Part shown: positions 1-10,879 of the stretch, one piece after another
Position numbering within the stretch: position 1 is the stretch's first letter
Layout: the number at the start of each line of letters is the position of its first letter
From: an uncultured Alphaproteobacteria bacterium
GTDB lineage: Bacteria; Pseudomonadota; Alphaproteobacteria; Acetobacterales; Acetobacteraceae
DNA length: 64,000 bases
Direction: 5' to 3'
Assembly (NCBI GenBank): GCA_963757115.1
Contig: CAVWQV010000001.1
Coordinates: forward strand, 127,901-191,900
The notes under the pieces: generated by a model
The model's database searches: none
Told to the model about the DNA's origin: nothing
What the model saw: only the letters and a program-made list of their open reading frames with translations
Made by a program: the position numbers and the translations under genes

Positions 1-1434
1 ACTTCGGCGTGACCGGCAGCGGCACGATCCTGCACACAGTCAATCCGCGATTATTTCCCGAGCAGATCCACTACATCATCGACCACGCGGAGGATCGCTA
101 CGTTTTCTTCGATCCGGCCTTCGCCTCGTTGGTCGAGGAGCTTGCTCCCCGACTGCCGCATGTGCGCGGCTACGTCGCACTTTGCGAACGGACCGAACTG
201 CCCGAAGTGAACGTTCCTAACCTGCTCTGCTACGAGGAACTTCTGGCGGCTGAGTCCGCCGATTACGTATGGCCCGTGTTTGACGAGAACAGCGCGTCGA
301 CGCTGTGCTACACGTCGGGCACCACCGGTAATCCCAAGGGAGTGCTGTACAGCCATCGCTCCCAGATGCTGCACACCTTCGTCGTGTGCGCCGCCGACGT
401 GATGGCGGTATCGGCGCGCGACAGCATCCTGCTTGTGGTGCCGTTGTTTCACGCCAATGCCTGGGGGCTACCCTTCGCCGCCGCAGCGACGGGTGCGAAG
501 CTCGTCCTGCCCGGCCCGAGGCTCGACCCGGAAAGCGTCTTCAACCTGCTGACGGCGGAGCAGTGCACGCTCGCCGGCGGCATCCCAACCATCTGGCTGA
601 ACTTGTTCACCTGGCTGGAGCAGAACCGCGACCGGCTCGATCTCGGCGCGATCAAGCTCACGCGCGTCCTGAGCGGCGGCACCGCCGTCCCGCGCTCCAC
701 AATCCAGAAGTTCGACGAGCTGTTCGGCGCCTATCTCATCCATGCCTGGGGCATGACGGAAACCAGCCCGATCGCCACCATCGGTACGCTGCTGCCGAAG
801 CATGCGGCATCGGATCGGGCGCAGCGCTACGACGTCCAAGCGTTGCAGGGCCGCATGGTGATCGGCTGCGAGGTGCGGCTGGTCGATGACGCGGGGGCGT
901 CGCTGCCGCACGACGGCGAGACCGTGGGCGAGCTGCAGGTGCGGGGGCCCTGGGTGATCACGCGGCTACTTCAAGGGCGAGGGCGGGCAGGTGCTGGACG
1001 CGGACGGCTGGTTCCGCACCGGCGACGTCGCCGCCATCACGCCGGACGGCTACGTGCAAATTACCGACCGCTCCAAGGACGTGGTGAAGTCGGGCGGCGA
1101 GTGGATCAGCTCGATCGAGATCGAGAACCTTGCCGTCGCGCATCCGGCGGTACACGAAGCTGCGGTGATCGCGGCGCGCCATCCTCGATGGCAGGAGCGT
1201 CCACTGTTGCTGATCCATCCGAAGCCAGGGGCCACCGTCACCAAGCACGAGATGCTGGCGTTTCTCGAGGGCAAGATCGTGAAGTGGTGGACGCCCGACG
1301 ACGTGGTGATCGTGGACGAACTGCCCCATACCGCGACGGGCAAACTGCTCAAGACCAAGTTGCGCGAGCAGTATGGCGGTTGGCTGGAGCGAGCCTCACC
1401 TCCGGCCGATGCCGTCGCGTCCCGAGGCCGCTGA
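1..1434 (+). pseudogene. AMP-dependent acyl-CoA synthetase/ligase (fatty-acid--CoA ligase family); 5' end lies outside the window; apparent frameshift near 960-990
   Basis: ORF 9..1799 carries AMP-binding motifs (TSGTTGNPKGV, WGMTETSP) and loses similarity after ...[11 protein letters not shown]. The C-terminal part (GYFKGEG-like ...DGWFRTGD...[22 protein letters not shown]...TGKLLK) is in ORF 991..1434 in another frame. Confidence 0.75.
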
Positions 1435-1482
1435 GTCCGCCCAGGCGTGGCTGTTCCCCAACACGACGAGCGACGCGCAACG

Positions 1483-1799
1483 TGATCTCCTTGGAGATCG
1501 ACCCGCTGATCGCTGGCGGCGTCGTCTTGTCGACGGCGGTGACCGACGCGGCCTACGTTCTGTTCAACGCGGCCGTATCGGCCCGGCGCCGCGTGGTGGC
1601 GGCGAACTGGAGCGCGATCTGGTACCTGCTCTCGTCGTTCGCGGTGATCAGCTTCACGCAGAATGCGACGTATGTGGTGTTCGCGGCGGCCGGGTCTTGG
1701 CTGGGCGCCTACGCGTCAATGACCTGGTTGCGACGCGAAAGAAAAGAAACCGGCGACGCGGCGCTATCCCGCCGGCGGGTGCCGCCCCTCGATCCTTGA
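1483..1799 (+). CDS. hypothetical small membrane protein (possible GTG start)
   Basis: Tail of ORF 9..1799 after the acyl-CoA synthetase part: hydrophobic stretches (LSTAVTDAAYVLFNAAV..., IWYLLSSFAVISF..., VVFAAAGSWLGAY). No family recognised. Confidence 0.25.
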
Positions 1800-1848
1800 G
1801 CCAGCGGGTGCGGAATTTCCGCGGGTGAGCCGTCCCGTTCCTCAGGGC

Positions 1849-2184
1849 TTAGAGGTTAGGCGGTCCGTGATTGGTTCGTAGAAGAAGCCGAGGAGCTGCG
1901 GCGAGAGCGCGTCGCTCATCACCATCGCCGACGTACCGGCGCGCTCGCGCAGGGCCGGACACGGTTTGATCGAGGTTATCGGTTTCGACGTCGTAGAGCG
2001 CGAGATAGCTCCACGGGTGTGGGGCAGGGGCGAGCTGCGTCCCAGCCAGCTTGAAGCGCTGGGCGGAGACGATGCCCGGCACGGCAAGCACGTCCTTCAG
2101 GTGCGTGTTCGTGTACCAGTCGTTGAAGGTCTCCTCGCGGCCTTCCACCGGATTGGTGAGCACCAGAAGCGTGCATTTCGGCAT
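1849..2184 (-). CDS. dimeric alpha+beta-barrel protein (EthD/YciI-like), hypothetical
   Basis: Internal ATG (MPKCTLLVLTNPVEGREETFNDWYTNTHLKDVLAVPGIVSAQRF...) within ORF 1849..2430, preceded by GGAGGG. EthD-like sequence pattern. Confidence 0.45.
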   Translation of the reverse strand: MPKCTLLVLTNPVEGREETFNDWYTNTHLKDVLAVPGIVSAQRFKLAGTQLAPAPHPWSYLALYDVETDNLDQTVSGPARARRYVGDGDERRALAAAPRLLLRTNHGPPNL

Positions 2185-2260
2185 CGATCCCTCCTGTGGC
2201 GGCTTGGCCGTCGCGTTATCCCAGCGTAATCCATCTCCAGCATGAGGGCGAGGGGACGAG

Positions 2261-3426
2261 ATGGCCAACGCGCTGAGGGCGCTTCGCGTGCTCGACCTCA
2301 CCACCACGATCGCCGGGCCGCATTGCGCGCGCCTGCTTGCGGATATCGGCGCCGAGGTCATCAAGGTCGAGGGGCCGGACGGCGACATGATGCGTGACCG
2401 GCCGCCGCTGCGGAACGGCAGTAGCACCACCTATGGCCAACTCAATGCCGGCAAGCAGAGCGTGGTGCTCAACCTCAAAAGCGCGGACGGTGCCGCCATC
2501 TTGCGCCGGCTCGTGCAAGAGGCCGACATCCTGGTGGAAAACTATCGCCCCGGCGTAATGCGTCGCCTCGGACTCGATTACGACAAACTCCGACCCGATC
2601 AAACCCGATCTGATCTACTGCGCAATTTCGGGCTACGGACAGACCGGCCCATCGGCGGAGTTGCCGGCTTACGCGCCGGCAATTCACGCGGCGTCCGGCT
2701 ACGACCTCGCGCACCTCGAATACCAGGACGGTCGGACGCGACCTGATGCGTGCGGCATCTATATCGCCGACGTGCTCGCCGCGGCCTATGCGTTCGGCGC
2801 GATCATGACTGCGGTCGCGGTGCGCGACCTGTACGGGCGAAGGCCAGATGATCGACGTTTCGATGCTGGAATCCATGCTTGGCCTGCTGCTCTCTGAGGT
2901 GCAGCGCCAGCAATTTCCGCTCCCCAAAGTCCCGCCGCTCTACGCACCACTTGCCGCCGCTGATGGTTTCATCATGCCGGCGATCGGCACGGAGCGGACC
3001 TTCCATGGCCTGGCCCGCGCCGCCGGCCATCCGGAATGGATCACCGACCCGCGCTTCGCCCAATACGATGCGCGCCGGCAGAACTGGGCGGCCCTGCTGG
3101 CCGAACTAGAAGGCTGGTCGCGCGAGCGCAGCGTCGCCGCGTGCCGGGCGGCACTCGATGCCAACGGCGTTCCCTGCTCGCCGTACCGCACGGTGGCCGA
3201 GGCGCTCGCCGATCCGCAGATCGCGCATCGGGACGCGCTGGCGGAGGTGCGCGACGCGGGCGGCAGCTTCAAGGTGGTCAACCCGCCGTTTCGTCTTTCC
3301 GCCAACCAAACGAAGGTCGGGGGCTGGGCTGCCGCAAAAGGCGAGCACACGCGCGCGGTGCTGATGCGCGCCGGTTTTGCTGAGGCGGATGTCGAGCGCT
3401 TCATCGCCGAAGGCAGCGCCGCCTAA
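2261..3426 (+). pseudogene. CoA-transferase family III (CaiB/BaiF-type), two apparent frameshifts (about 2600 and about 2838)
   Basis: One protein is split over ORFs 2261..2746, 2661..2897 and 2848..3426. The middle of the family sequence (IKPDLIYCAISGYGQTGPSAELPAYAPAIHAASGYD; GEGQMIDVSMLESMLG) is only readable by changing frame. Confidence 0.75.
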
Positions 3427-4487
3427 TGGCGGATCGGACGCCGCCCGGGATCGGCGCGTTGTTCGCCGGATTCTTCTCGGTGGGCGTCACGGGATTGGCG
3501 GCGTGCTTCCCTGGGCGCGGCGGATGGTGGTCGAGCGGCGCCGCTGGCTTGGGCCGGCGGAGTTCACCGATATTTTGGCATTGTGCCAATTCCTGCCCGG
3601 GCCGAACGTCATCAACCTTTCGGTCGCACTCGGCGCGCGGTTCCGCGGTATCCCCGGCGCGCTCGCCGCGTTCTTGGGGCTGATGGCGGCCCCCATGACG
3701 ATCATCATCTTGCTCGGCCTGGTTTACCAACATTATGCGGCGATACCCGCTCGTACAACACCTGTTTGCCGGGTTGGCCGCTTCCGCCTCCGGCCTGGTC
3801 CTTGCCACGGCGCTGAAGATTGCCGCCCCGCTCCGCCACGATTGGCGCGCGATCGGTATAGCCGCGCTGACCTTCGTTGCGATCGTCCTGCTGCACGCGC
3901 CCTTGGTGCCGGCAATGCTCGGTACTGGCGCCGGCCAGCATCCTGCTCGCTGCACTGAGGGGATGACGGATCAGCTGCCGGCGCTGGCCGGGTTGTTCGC
4001 CCAACTTTCCTTGGTTGCGGTCGGCGGCGGCAACACGATCCTCCCCGAAATGCAGCGCCAGGTGGCGGTGGTGCATCGGTGGATGACCGTGCAGGAGTTC
4101 GCTGCGATGTACGCGCTGGCGCAAGCGGCGCCCGGCCCGAACATGCTCATCGCTACCTTGATCGGCTGGCGCGTCGGCGGCTTGCCGGGAGCGCTGGTGG
4201 CAACGGGCTCGCTCTGCGGGCCGTCGAGCCTGTTGACCTATCTCGTGAGCGGGGCGTGGTTCCGCTTTCGCGAGGCGCGCTGGCGGCGCGTGGTCCAGGC
4301 TGGCCTCACGCCGGTCACGGTCGGGCTGATCATGGCGGCCGCGACGTTGCTGACCACGGCGACCTCCGTGGACTGGCGCTACGCCGCGCTCACCGCCGCC
4401 GTTACTGCAGGCCTTATGCTGACGCGTCTGCACCCGCTGCTCGGTCTCGGGCTTGGCGCAGTTCTAGGGGCGGCCGGCGTGCTTTGA
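3426..4487 (+). pseudogene. chrA: chromate transporter ChrA (CHR family), two halves, about 2 apparent frameshifts (about 3498 and about 3750)
   Basis: ORFs 3426..3683, 3377..3958 and 3735..4487 together give both ChrA half-domains (ERRRWLGPAEFTDILALCQFLPGPNVINLS...; LPEMQRQVAVVHRWMTVQEFAAMYALAQAAPGPNMLIATLIGW). The start ATG overlaps the CoA-transferase stop (TAATG). Confidence 0.75.
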
Positions 4488-5960
4488 CCGGGGTGGCGCG
4501 GTGGCCCAAGGGTAATCGACGACGTCCCACCCACCGCCGAGCGCCCGGTAAAGCCGCACCAGGTCGCTCGCGATCTGCGTGTCGCTGTCCGCCAGATCGT
4601 TTTCACTTTGCAGCAGTTGCGCTTGAGAGGTGATGACGTTGAGGAAGTCGCTCACACCCTCCGTGTAGCGCTGTCGGGCCGCTCCCAAGGCGATCTCGTT
4701 TTGCTTGACCGCTTCCGCCACTTGCCGTCTTCGGCGTTGCGCTTCGGCGTAGGCGGTGAGCGCGTCGTCCACCTCTTGCCAGGCCTGCAGCACCGTTCTT
4801 TGGAAGTTGATGGCCGCTTCGCGCTGCTGGGCTTGGCGCAGGCGCAGGGTTGCGCGCAGCCGGCCGCCCTCGAAGATTGGGACGGTAATGGTCGGGCCGA
4901 CCTCGAAGGCGCGCGACGGCAGGCTAAACATGTTGGCAAAGCGCAGCCCCTGCAGGTTGAAGTTCCCGTTCAGCGTGATGTCCGGATAGAACTGCGCCAC
5001 GGCGACGCCGGTCTGCGCAGTGGCGGAATGCAGCTGAGCTTCCGCTTGCCGTATGTCGGGCCGGCGCCGGATCACGGTCCCAGGCAGCCCGACCGGCACC
5101 ACCGGCGGCACAGTGGGCTGGCCGGTGTTCGCGCGCAGCTCCCCTTCGAGCGCGCGGGGCTGTTCGCCCAGCAACAGGCCGATTGCGTTGATCAATGCCG
5201 CCTGTTGCGCCCGCAAGGGGGGCAGGGTGGCGGCGACCGTTGCCTCCTGCGCTTGCGCCTGCGCCAGATCGAGCGTGGTGGCCACCCCGTTGCTGAAGCG
5301 GTCCCGGACCAATCGCGTGTTCTGCCGCGTAAGGGCCAGGTTGCGCTCGGTGATGGCGACGCGCGACTGCGCGCCCCGCAGCTGCATATAGTCCTGTGCC
5401 AACTCGGCGATCGACGACACGGCGACGCCATGCCGCGCCTCAACCGAGGCCAAGGTGTCGGCATCGGCCGCCTCCACCGCGCGGCGCACCCGCCCGAACA
5501 GGTCCAGCTCCCAAGAAGAGGTCAGCCCCTGCTGGAACAGATCGTACTCGAGCGGGGCCCCCGGCCTTGGCTCGACCAGGGAGACGAACCCGGTCTCGCT
5601 TTGCCGATTGCGGGTGTAGATCGCCTGACCCCTGACGCTCGGGAGGCCTTGCGCGGCGGCGATGCGCCGCTGCTGGATGCCTTGCAGGACACGCTCGGCC
5701 GCGGTCTGAAGATCGAGGTTCTGGGTCGCCACCCGATCGACGAGCGAGGTCAGTTCCCGGTCATGGAAGCTTTTCCACCAGCGCGCATCGACGTGATCCG
5801 CCGTCGTGCGACTCGGCACATCGGTGGGCTCCGGTCCCCACCGGTTCGGCGATTGCACCAAAGGGCGATGGAAATCCGGGCCCACCGTGCAGCCGGCGAG
5901 GGCGATCGCCAGCAGCCGAGCGACCAGCGTCCAGCCGGCCCGGCGCAATCCGCTGAACAT
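4464..5960 (-). CDS. efflux outer membrane factor lipoprotein (NodT/OprM family)
   Basis: Internal ATG of ORF 4464..6509 (MFSGLRRAGWTLVARLLAIALAGC lipobox-like), 499 aa, typical OMF repeats. An upstream in-frame stretch belongs to the emrA tail. Confidence 0.85.
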   Translation of the reverse strand: MFSGLRRAGWTLVARLLAIALAGCTVGPDFHRPLVQSPNRWGPEPTDVPSRTTADHVDARWWKSFHDRELTSLVDRVATQNLDLQTAAERVLQGIQQRRIAAAQGLPSVRGQAIYTRNRQSETGFVSLVEPRPGAPLEYDLFQQGLTSSWELDLFGRVRRAVEAADADTLASVEARHGVAVSSIAELAQDYMQLRGAQSRVAITERNLALTRQNTRLVRDRFSNGVATTLDLAQAQAQEATVAATLPPLRAQQAALINAIGLLLGEQPRALEGELRANTGQPTVPPVVPVGLPGTVIRRRPDIRQAEAQLHSATAQTGVAVAQFYPDITLNGNFNLQGLRFANMFSLPSRAFEVGPTITVPIFEGGRLRATLRLRQAQQREAAINFQRTVLQAWQEVDDALTAYAEAQRRRRQVAEAVKQNEIALGAARQRYTEGVSDFLNVITSQAQLLQSENDLADSDTQIASDLVRLYRALGGGWDVVDYPWATAPPRSKHAGRP

Positions 5961-5971
5961 CGCAGGCACTG

Positions 5972-7101
5972 TTAGTGCGCGGTCACGCGTGCGCCGGAGT
6001 CGCTCTGATCGCTCACCACATTCGCAAGCCCGGTATGTATTGTGGTCTCGACGGAGAAGCCGACGCGGAGCAGCTTCGCCAACGGCTGGCCCGGAGTTCA
6101 CCACGATCTTGACCGGCAGACGCTGCACGATCTTCGTGAAGTTGCCGGTTGCATTGTTGGGCGCGATCGGCGCGAAGGCGGCCCCCGATGCCGGCGGCAC
6201 GCTGTCCACCAAGCCGTCGAGGTCGATGTTGTAGGCGTCGACATGGATGCGGACGTGCTGGCCCGGAAGCACGTGCCGCAAATCCTCCTCGCGGTAGTTC
6301 GCATTGATGAACACGCGGTCGAGCGGCACCAATGTCATGAGGGTGTTGCCGGGGCCGACGTAGTTGCCGACCTGCACGCTGCGCTCCCCGATCATGCCGT
6401 CCATCGGCGCCAGGATCTTCGTGTAGCTCAGGTTGAGCCTGGCCTGCTCCAGTTGCGCCTCGTCCGCCTTGACCGTGCCCTGTTGCGAGGACTCCTGCGC
6501 CTGTAGCACCTGCAGCTGACGGCGCGACGCTTCGAGCGCGGCTTGCGCGCTTTTCAGCGAGGCCTGGTCGCGCGCAGAGTCGTATCTGCTTGCTGGTGCT
6601 GCTGCGAAGTTCCGGCGCCAGTAGCGGCGAGATTTGTGTACCGGCGCTGATCCAGCTCCGACATGCTGCGCCGCGCCTCTGCCGAGGCCACCGCGGCCTG
6701 CTGCTCCTCGATTAACGGCGACTGCCGGGCGACGTTGGCGGTCGCGTTCACACTTGGGCGCGGTCGCGCGACACAGTCGCCTCGGCCATTTGCACGGAAA
6801 TCTCGAAATCCCGCGGGTCCAGGGTCGCCAATACCTGGCCCGCTTTGACCACCTGGTTGTCGTCGACCTCCACCTTGGCGACCTGGCCGGAGATGCGGGG
6901 CGCGATCGTGGCGTAGTGCACGGTGATGTAGGCGTCGTCGGTCCAGACGTCCGGATCGGGCACGAAGATGATCCACAGGACGACGGCCACGAACACCAGG
7001 ACCACCATACCGCCGAGGAACCAGGGCCAGCGCCGCGGCGGCTGGCGTGTCCCGTTCATTGCCCCTGTCCTCGCCGTTCGTGGGTTGGCGGCGCTGGTCA
7101 C
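5972..7101 (-). pseudogene. HlyD/EmrA-family membrane fusion protein, at least 3 apparent frameshifts
   Basis: N-terminus in ORF 6748..7101 (TM anchor + TDDAYITV...VKAGQVLATLDPRDFE), middle in ORF 6554..7189 (NVARQSPLIEEQQAAV...RYTNLAATGA), C-terminus in the first 180 aa of ORF 4464..6509 (KADEAQLEQARLNLSYTKILAPMDG...NFTKIVQRLPVKI). The likely true stop is TAA at about 5972 in yet another frame. Confidence 0.7.
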
Positions 7102-7200
7102 GGCCGTGCGGAGGTGCGTCCCGATTGCCGGACCGGTCCCTCAATTCCTGTTGCGTATCGCCAGGATGTTCTCGGTTGTCATCCGGCACGAAGCTCGCCC

Positions 7201-8781
7201 CTACTGCTGCGACAACTGAATGCGCGGCGGCAGGGTCCGTTCCGATAACACCAGCAGCACTATCATCAGCGCGACGGTGAGCGCGCCCATGACCAGGAAA
7301 GCATCGCTGGCAGTCAGGATCATGGCTTGCTGCTGTACGGCCTCATTGAATGTCGCCAGGCTGCCCGGCGCGCTCGGTTGTCCGCTTGGCAGCAACGGCG
7401 GGCGATGCTGCGGCAGAACGCCGTAGCCCTGAATAATGCCGTAGCGCTGCTGCCCGATCTGGTCAACGAGACGATTCGAGTGCAGCCCGCCGCGCCAGCG
7501 CTGGATCAATCCCAGCAACCATACGCTGGTCGCCTCTGACACGGCGCGCGGCATGTTCACCAGTGCGGATGCAAACGGCGCTTCCTCCGGCCCGCGAACA
7601 GTGTTTGTCGCCATCATCAACAGGGGCATGATGACCAATGGCTGACCGAGCGCCTGCAGGCCTTGCCACAAGAAGAATTGCCCGCGATCCCAGGAGACTG
7701 TCACGAAGGAGTTGCCGATGCAGGCCGCCAGGATCAAGGCGAGGCCGACGAAGCTTACGACCCGCGCATCCACGCTTCGGTGGTCGAGCAGCCAAGCGGC
7801 CGCCGGCAACAGCACGAGTTGCGCTGCCGCGATTTCGAGGGTGATCCAATTCGATTGCAGCGGGCGATAGTGCTGGACCTCCGTCAGGTATTGCAGCGGG
7901 ATGGTCGACGCAGACGCGCCGATCAACAGAAACGTGAAAAGCGCGATCGCGGCATAGGCGAAGTTACGACGGCCGAACAGTTGCAGTTTCATCAGCGGCA
8001 GCGGATGGAACCACTCGTTGATCAGCATCAGCGGAATAGTGACGGCGCTGATCAAGGCGAGCACGCAAATGAACTTGGAATTGAACCAGTCGAGCCGGTC
8101 GCCCTGCTGCAGCATCGTGCTAAATGCGCCCATGCCGATAACCAAGCTCAGCACCCCGCGCCAATCGAATAGGCGGAACCTGTCGTAGGCTGAACGATCT
8201 TGCGGCACGCCGTACCAGACCAAGACGGCGGCAATGGCACAGAGCGGCATGGCCTCGAAGAACACGAACCGCCAGTCATGCACCACATCGGTCCACAAAG
8301 TGGCCAGTGAGTTTGCCAGGCTGGGCGTGAAGGTTGCCGTCAGCGCGTAGACAGCCAACCCGTATAGCCTGATTGGAGGCGGCAGCACGCGCAGGGCGGT
8401 AGCCATCAGAAGCGGAATGGTCAGCCCGCCCGCGAGCCCCTGCAACACCCGGAACAGGTATACCGCGCCGACCTGGGGGCTGAACGGGATCAGCACGGTG
8501 GACAGGCACGAGAGGCCGATGACGAACAAGGTCCAGCGGCGTAGCGTGAAGGTTACCAGCATCCAGGGTGAGATCGCCATCCCGACGATCTCGGCCGAGA
8601 TGTAGAGGCTGCCGAACCACGTACCCGGGTCGTGACTGATGCGCAGCCCGCCTTGAATGTCGGCAAGCGCTACACCGGTAACTTGATCGTTGAACTCGGC
8701 GACCACGGCCGCGGTAAGCACGCCAAGCAGCCCGATCAAACCCCTGATGTCCAACGACGGCGCTCTTCCCACAGCCCGCAT
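7201..8781 (-). CDS. MFS multidrug efflux permease, DHA2/EmrB family (14-TMS type)
   Basis: 526-aa intact ORF with EmrB-like N-terminus (LTAAVVAEFNDQVTGVALADIQGGL...FRVLQGLAGGLTIPL). Confidence 0.85.
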   Translation of the reverse strand: MRAVGRAPSLDIRGLIGLLGVLTAAVVAEFNDQVTGVALADIQGGLRISHDPGTWFGSLYISAEIVGMAISPWMLVTFTLRRWTLFVIGLSCLSTVLIPFSPQVGAVYLFRVLQGLAGGLTIPLLMATALRVLPPPIRLYGLAVYALTATFTPSLANSLATLWTDVVHDWRFVFFEAMPLCAIAAVLVWYGVPQDRSAYDRFRLFDWRGVLSLVIGMGAFSTMLQQGDRLDWFNSKFICVLALISAVTIPLMLINEWFHPLPLMKLQLFGRRNFAYAAIALFTFLLIGASASTIPLQYLTEVQHYRPLQSNWITLEIAAAQLVLLPAAAWLLDHRSVDARVVSFVGLALILAACIGNSFVTVSWDRGQFFLWQGLQALGQPLVIMPLLMMATNTVRGPEEAPFASALVNMPRAVSEATSVWLLGLIQRWRGGLHSNRLVDQIGQQRYGIIQGYGVLPQHRPPLLPSGQPSAPGSLATFNEAVQQQAMILTASDAFLVMGALTVALMIVLLVLSERTLPPRIQLSQQ

Positions 8782-8999
8782 CTGCCTCTACCGGCGCTCG
8801 CGACGCCAGTCTGGCCCGGTCCCGAGGCAATCACCAACGCGCTAGTTGGGCAAGACAGCATCCCGCCAAGCGCCGTTGCCGCTCGGGCAACCCGAAGTGC
8901 GACCAGAGGGGTTTGCTGTTGGCCGCGCACCGCCCGACGCAAAAGCGTCGGAACGACGGCTTCGAGCCTCGCTAAAAAGTCAACAGGAGTGAGGCGCGT

Positions 9000-9779
9000 T
9001 CAGCGGGGATCGTGGTGGCGTTTTTGATGACGGCGTGGAGGGGGAGCCTCGGCGACCTCTTCGGCAACCCCATCCGCCGGCTCGGCCGCCGGACGCGGAT
9101 CGCGCGGCGCCGCGCTCGGGTCAGTCTGCGACGCGGAGGCCGCGCCCGCGACCATCGTCGTGCCGCGATCCGGCCTGCCGTAGATGAACCCGTGCGTCGG
9201 ATAGACGCTGCCGAACGACTCGCCGTCGGCAAGGCCTACCCGCACCGCGGTCCAGTCGTTGTTCGGTGATACGTCCACCACCGGCACGCTCCGCGTCACA
9301 CTGCCGCGGTAGCCCCAGTTCGCGTGATCGATCTCGATCTCGCGTTCGCTTATAACGCGGCTGACCACGGCGACGTGGCCGAGCCGCATGGACCCGTTAG
9401 CGCGGAACGCCAGAATGCTTCCGGGCTCCGGCAGGTGGCCGCGCTCGTAGATCCCGGCGGCCGCGTCCCACCACAACCATGCGTTGCCGGATAACTCAAT
9501 GCCGGACGCGTCTCGAGCGAACGGCACGCATTGCAGCCCGCCCCAGCCGTAGCCATAGCGCCGCCCCTTACTGCCTCGCTTTGGAAACACGGTGGGGTGA
9601 ACCTGCGCCTGGGGCGCATTCAATGAATAGTTGCCGGTGAACATCGTCTGGAGCGGCCCCGAGCCGCCGCCGAGACGATCGGGGTTAGATGCAGCTGACA
9701 CGACCGTGATAGGCAGACTTGTCGCCAAAGTCGTAATGAAACCTACGAGAATCTTGTCGCGCCTCCCGCGTTCCCGCAT
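9000..9779 (-). CDS. secreted CHAP-domain protein (amidase/peptidase)
   Basis: Signal-peptide-like N-terminus followed by the CHAP core (LQCVPFARDASGIELSGNAWLWWDAAAGIYERG...GHVAVVSRV...IDHANW). Confidence 0.8.
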   Translation of the reverse strand: MRERGRRDKILVGFITTLATSLPITVVSAASNPDRLGGGSGPLQTMFTGNYSLNAPQAQVHPTVFPKRGSKGRRYGYGWGGLQCVPFARDASGIELSGNAWLWWDAAAGIYERGHLPEPGSILAFRANGSMRLGHVAVVSRVISEREIEIDHANWGYRGSVTRSVPVVDVSPNNDWTAVRVGLADGESFGSVYPTHGFIYGRPDRGTTMVAGAASASQTDPSAAPRDPRPAAEPADGVAEEVAEAPPPRRHQKRHHDPR

Positions 9780-10024
9780 CGCGCCGCCTTTCGTTGTCTT
9801 CCCCGGATGGCGAGATGCGGTAGCAACGTGGTCGCGTGACTGACAACCCGACCGGATCCTGTTTCCTTCGCGGCGCTAGATGGTCGCAAAATAGCGGTGT
9901 GGACAACCTTGCGAAATCCGACGAAATTCCTAACACAAGGAGCTGCGCCGCCAGTGCCGCGTAGCAAAGGCGCGAATTCGACCCAACTCGGTTCGCGGAA
10001 TCGTTCCGGTCGTAACAAGGCGCG

Positions 10025-10375
10025 CTACTTGCAGGCTGTGACCATGATCTCCACAAGCAAGCGCGGGTCGGCCATGTTGGCTTCGACGCACGCGCGCGCT
10101 GGCGCGCCGCCCGCGGGCAGCCAGGCCGTCCACACCGAATTCATCGCGTCGCGGTCCCGGATGTCCTTGACCCAGATCTGTGCCTGCAGGAGACGCGTCT
10201 TGTCGGTTCCATGCGTTTCCAGCGCCTCGTCGATCTGATCCAACACTTCCTTGGTCTGCCCCGCGATGTCTTTCGTCGGGTCTTTCGCGGTCATGCCCTG
10301 GAGGTAAACAAAGCCGTGATACTCGACGGCCTTGGCGAGGATTTTGTTGGGTTCTGTGCGGATGATCTTGCTCAC
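10025..10375 (-). CDS. RidA/YjgF family protein (GTG start)
   Basis: 116-aa ORF, MSKIIRTEP...VYLQGMTAKDPTKDIAGQTKEVLDQID...VEANMADPRLLVEIMVTA, typical RidA. Confidence 0.85.
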   Translation of the reverse strand: MSKIIRTEPNKILAKAVEYHGFVYLQGMTAKDPTKDIAGQTKEVLDQIDEALETHGTDKTRLLQAQIWVKDIRDRDAMNSVWTAWLPAGGAPARACVEANMADPRLLVEIMVTACK

Positions 10376-10483
10376 GAGCGTACTCCTCCTGCTGCTCTCT
10401 CTGCTTTATCCTGCTGAGCCGTTCAGTCCTAATGCGGGTCAGCGCCGATCAGGACCGGTGCCGGCGGGCGGACGAAGGTTGCG

Positions 10484-10879
10484 TCAGCGCCCTGGACTGA
10501 CGAAGTTTCCGGTCCCCCCCGTCCCCTTGACCGGGCTCGGGCCGGGTGAAAAGCCGGGCGCCACGGCACCGCCGGTGCCCTGGTTGACGCAATCCGAAAC
10601 TTGCGTGTCCCAGTCATAACGATCGGCCAGGCCGCGCGTCGTGATTCCGGACACGTAGTTGGCCGACTCGGGGTACTCGCTTTGGTTCTGCGAATAGAGG
10701 GCGCCGCGGTTCTGTCGCCTGTAGGTTTCGTCTGCGCGCTGGCGGCAGGCATTGGCGGTGGCCTGAGCGGCACGACTGTCCGCCGTAGGCGGCGCGGGTG
10801 GTGCGCAGGCGTTCATGCTCGCCGCCAAGACGGCCGCCAGGCATCCTGAGATCGGCCAAGTCGCAAGGGAACGGGTCAT
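10484..10879 (-). CDS. hypothetical secreted Cys-containing small protein
   Basis: N-terminal signal-like segment (WPISGCLAAVLAASMNAC) and 4 Cys. The start overlaps the upstream gene stop by 4 nt. Confidence 0.45.
   Translation of the reverse strand: MTRSLATWPISGCLAAVLAASMNACAPPAPPTADSRAAQATANACRQRADETYRRQNRGALYSQNQSEYPESANYVSGITTRGLADRYDWDTQVSDCVNQGTGGAVAPGFSPGPSPVKGTGGTGNFVSPGR

Noticed and set aside
4608-5975. 455-aa plus-strand ORF antisense to the outer membrane factor gene
   Set aside because: High-GC genomes generate long stop-free antisense frames. It has no recognisable motifs, and the opposite strand encodes a clear outer membrane factor.
8934-8951. Hairpin CCGACGCaaaaGCGTCGG downstream of the CHAP gene as a rho-independent terminator
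   Set aside because: The stem is present but no U-tract follows on the transcribed strand. At most a weak or rho-dependent site.
10019-10082. A 1-nt mismatch between my hand indexing of the printed sequence and the ORF-track coordinates (also seen near 11401 and 49300)
   Set aside because: Most likely my character-level counting error. I used the ORF-track coordinates throughout, so treat RNA and motif coordinates as accurate to within 1-2 nt.
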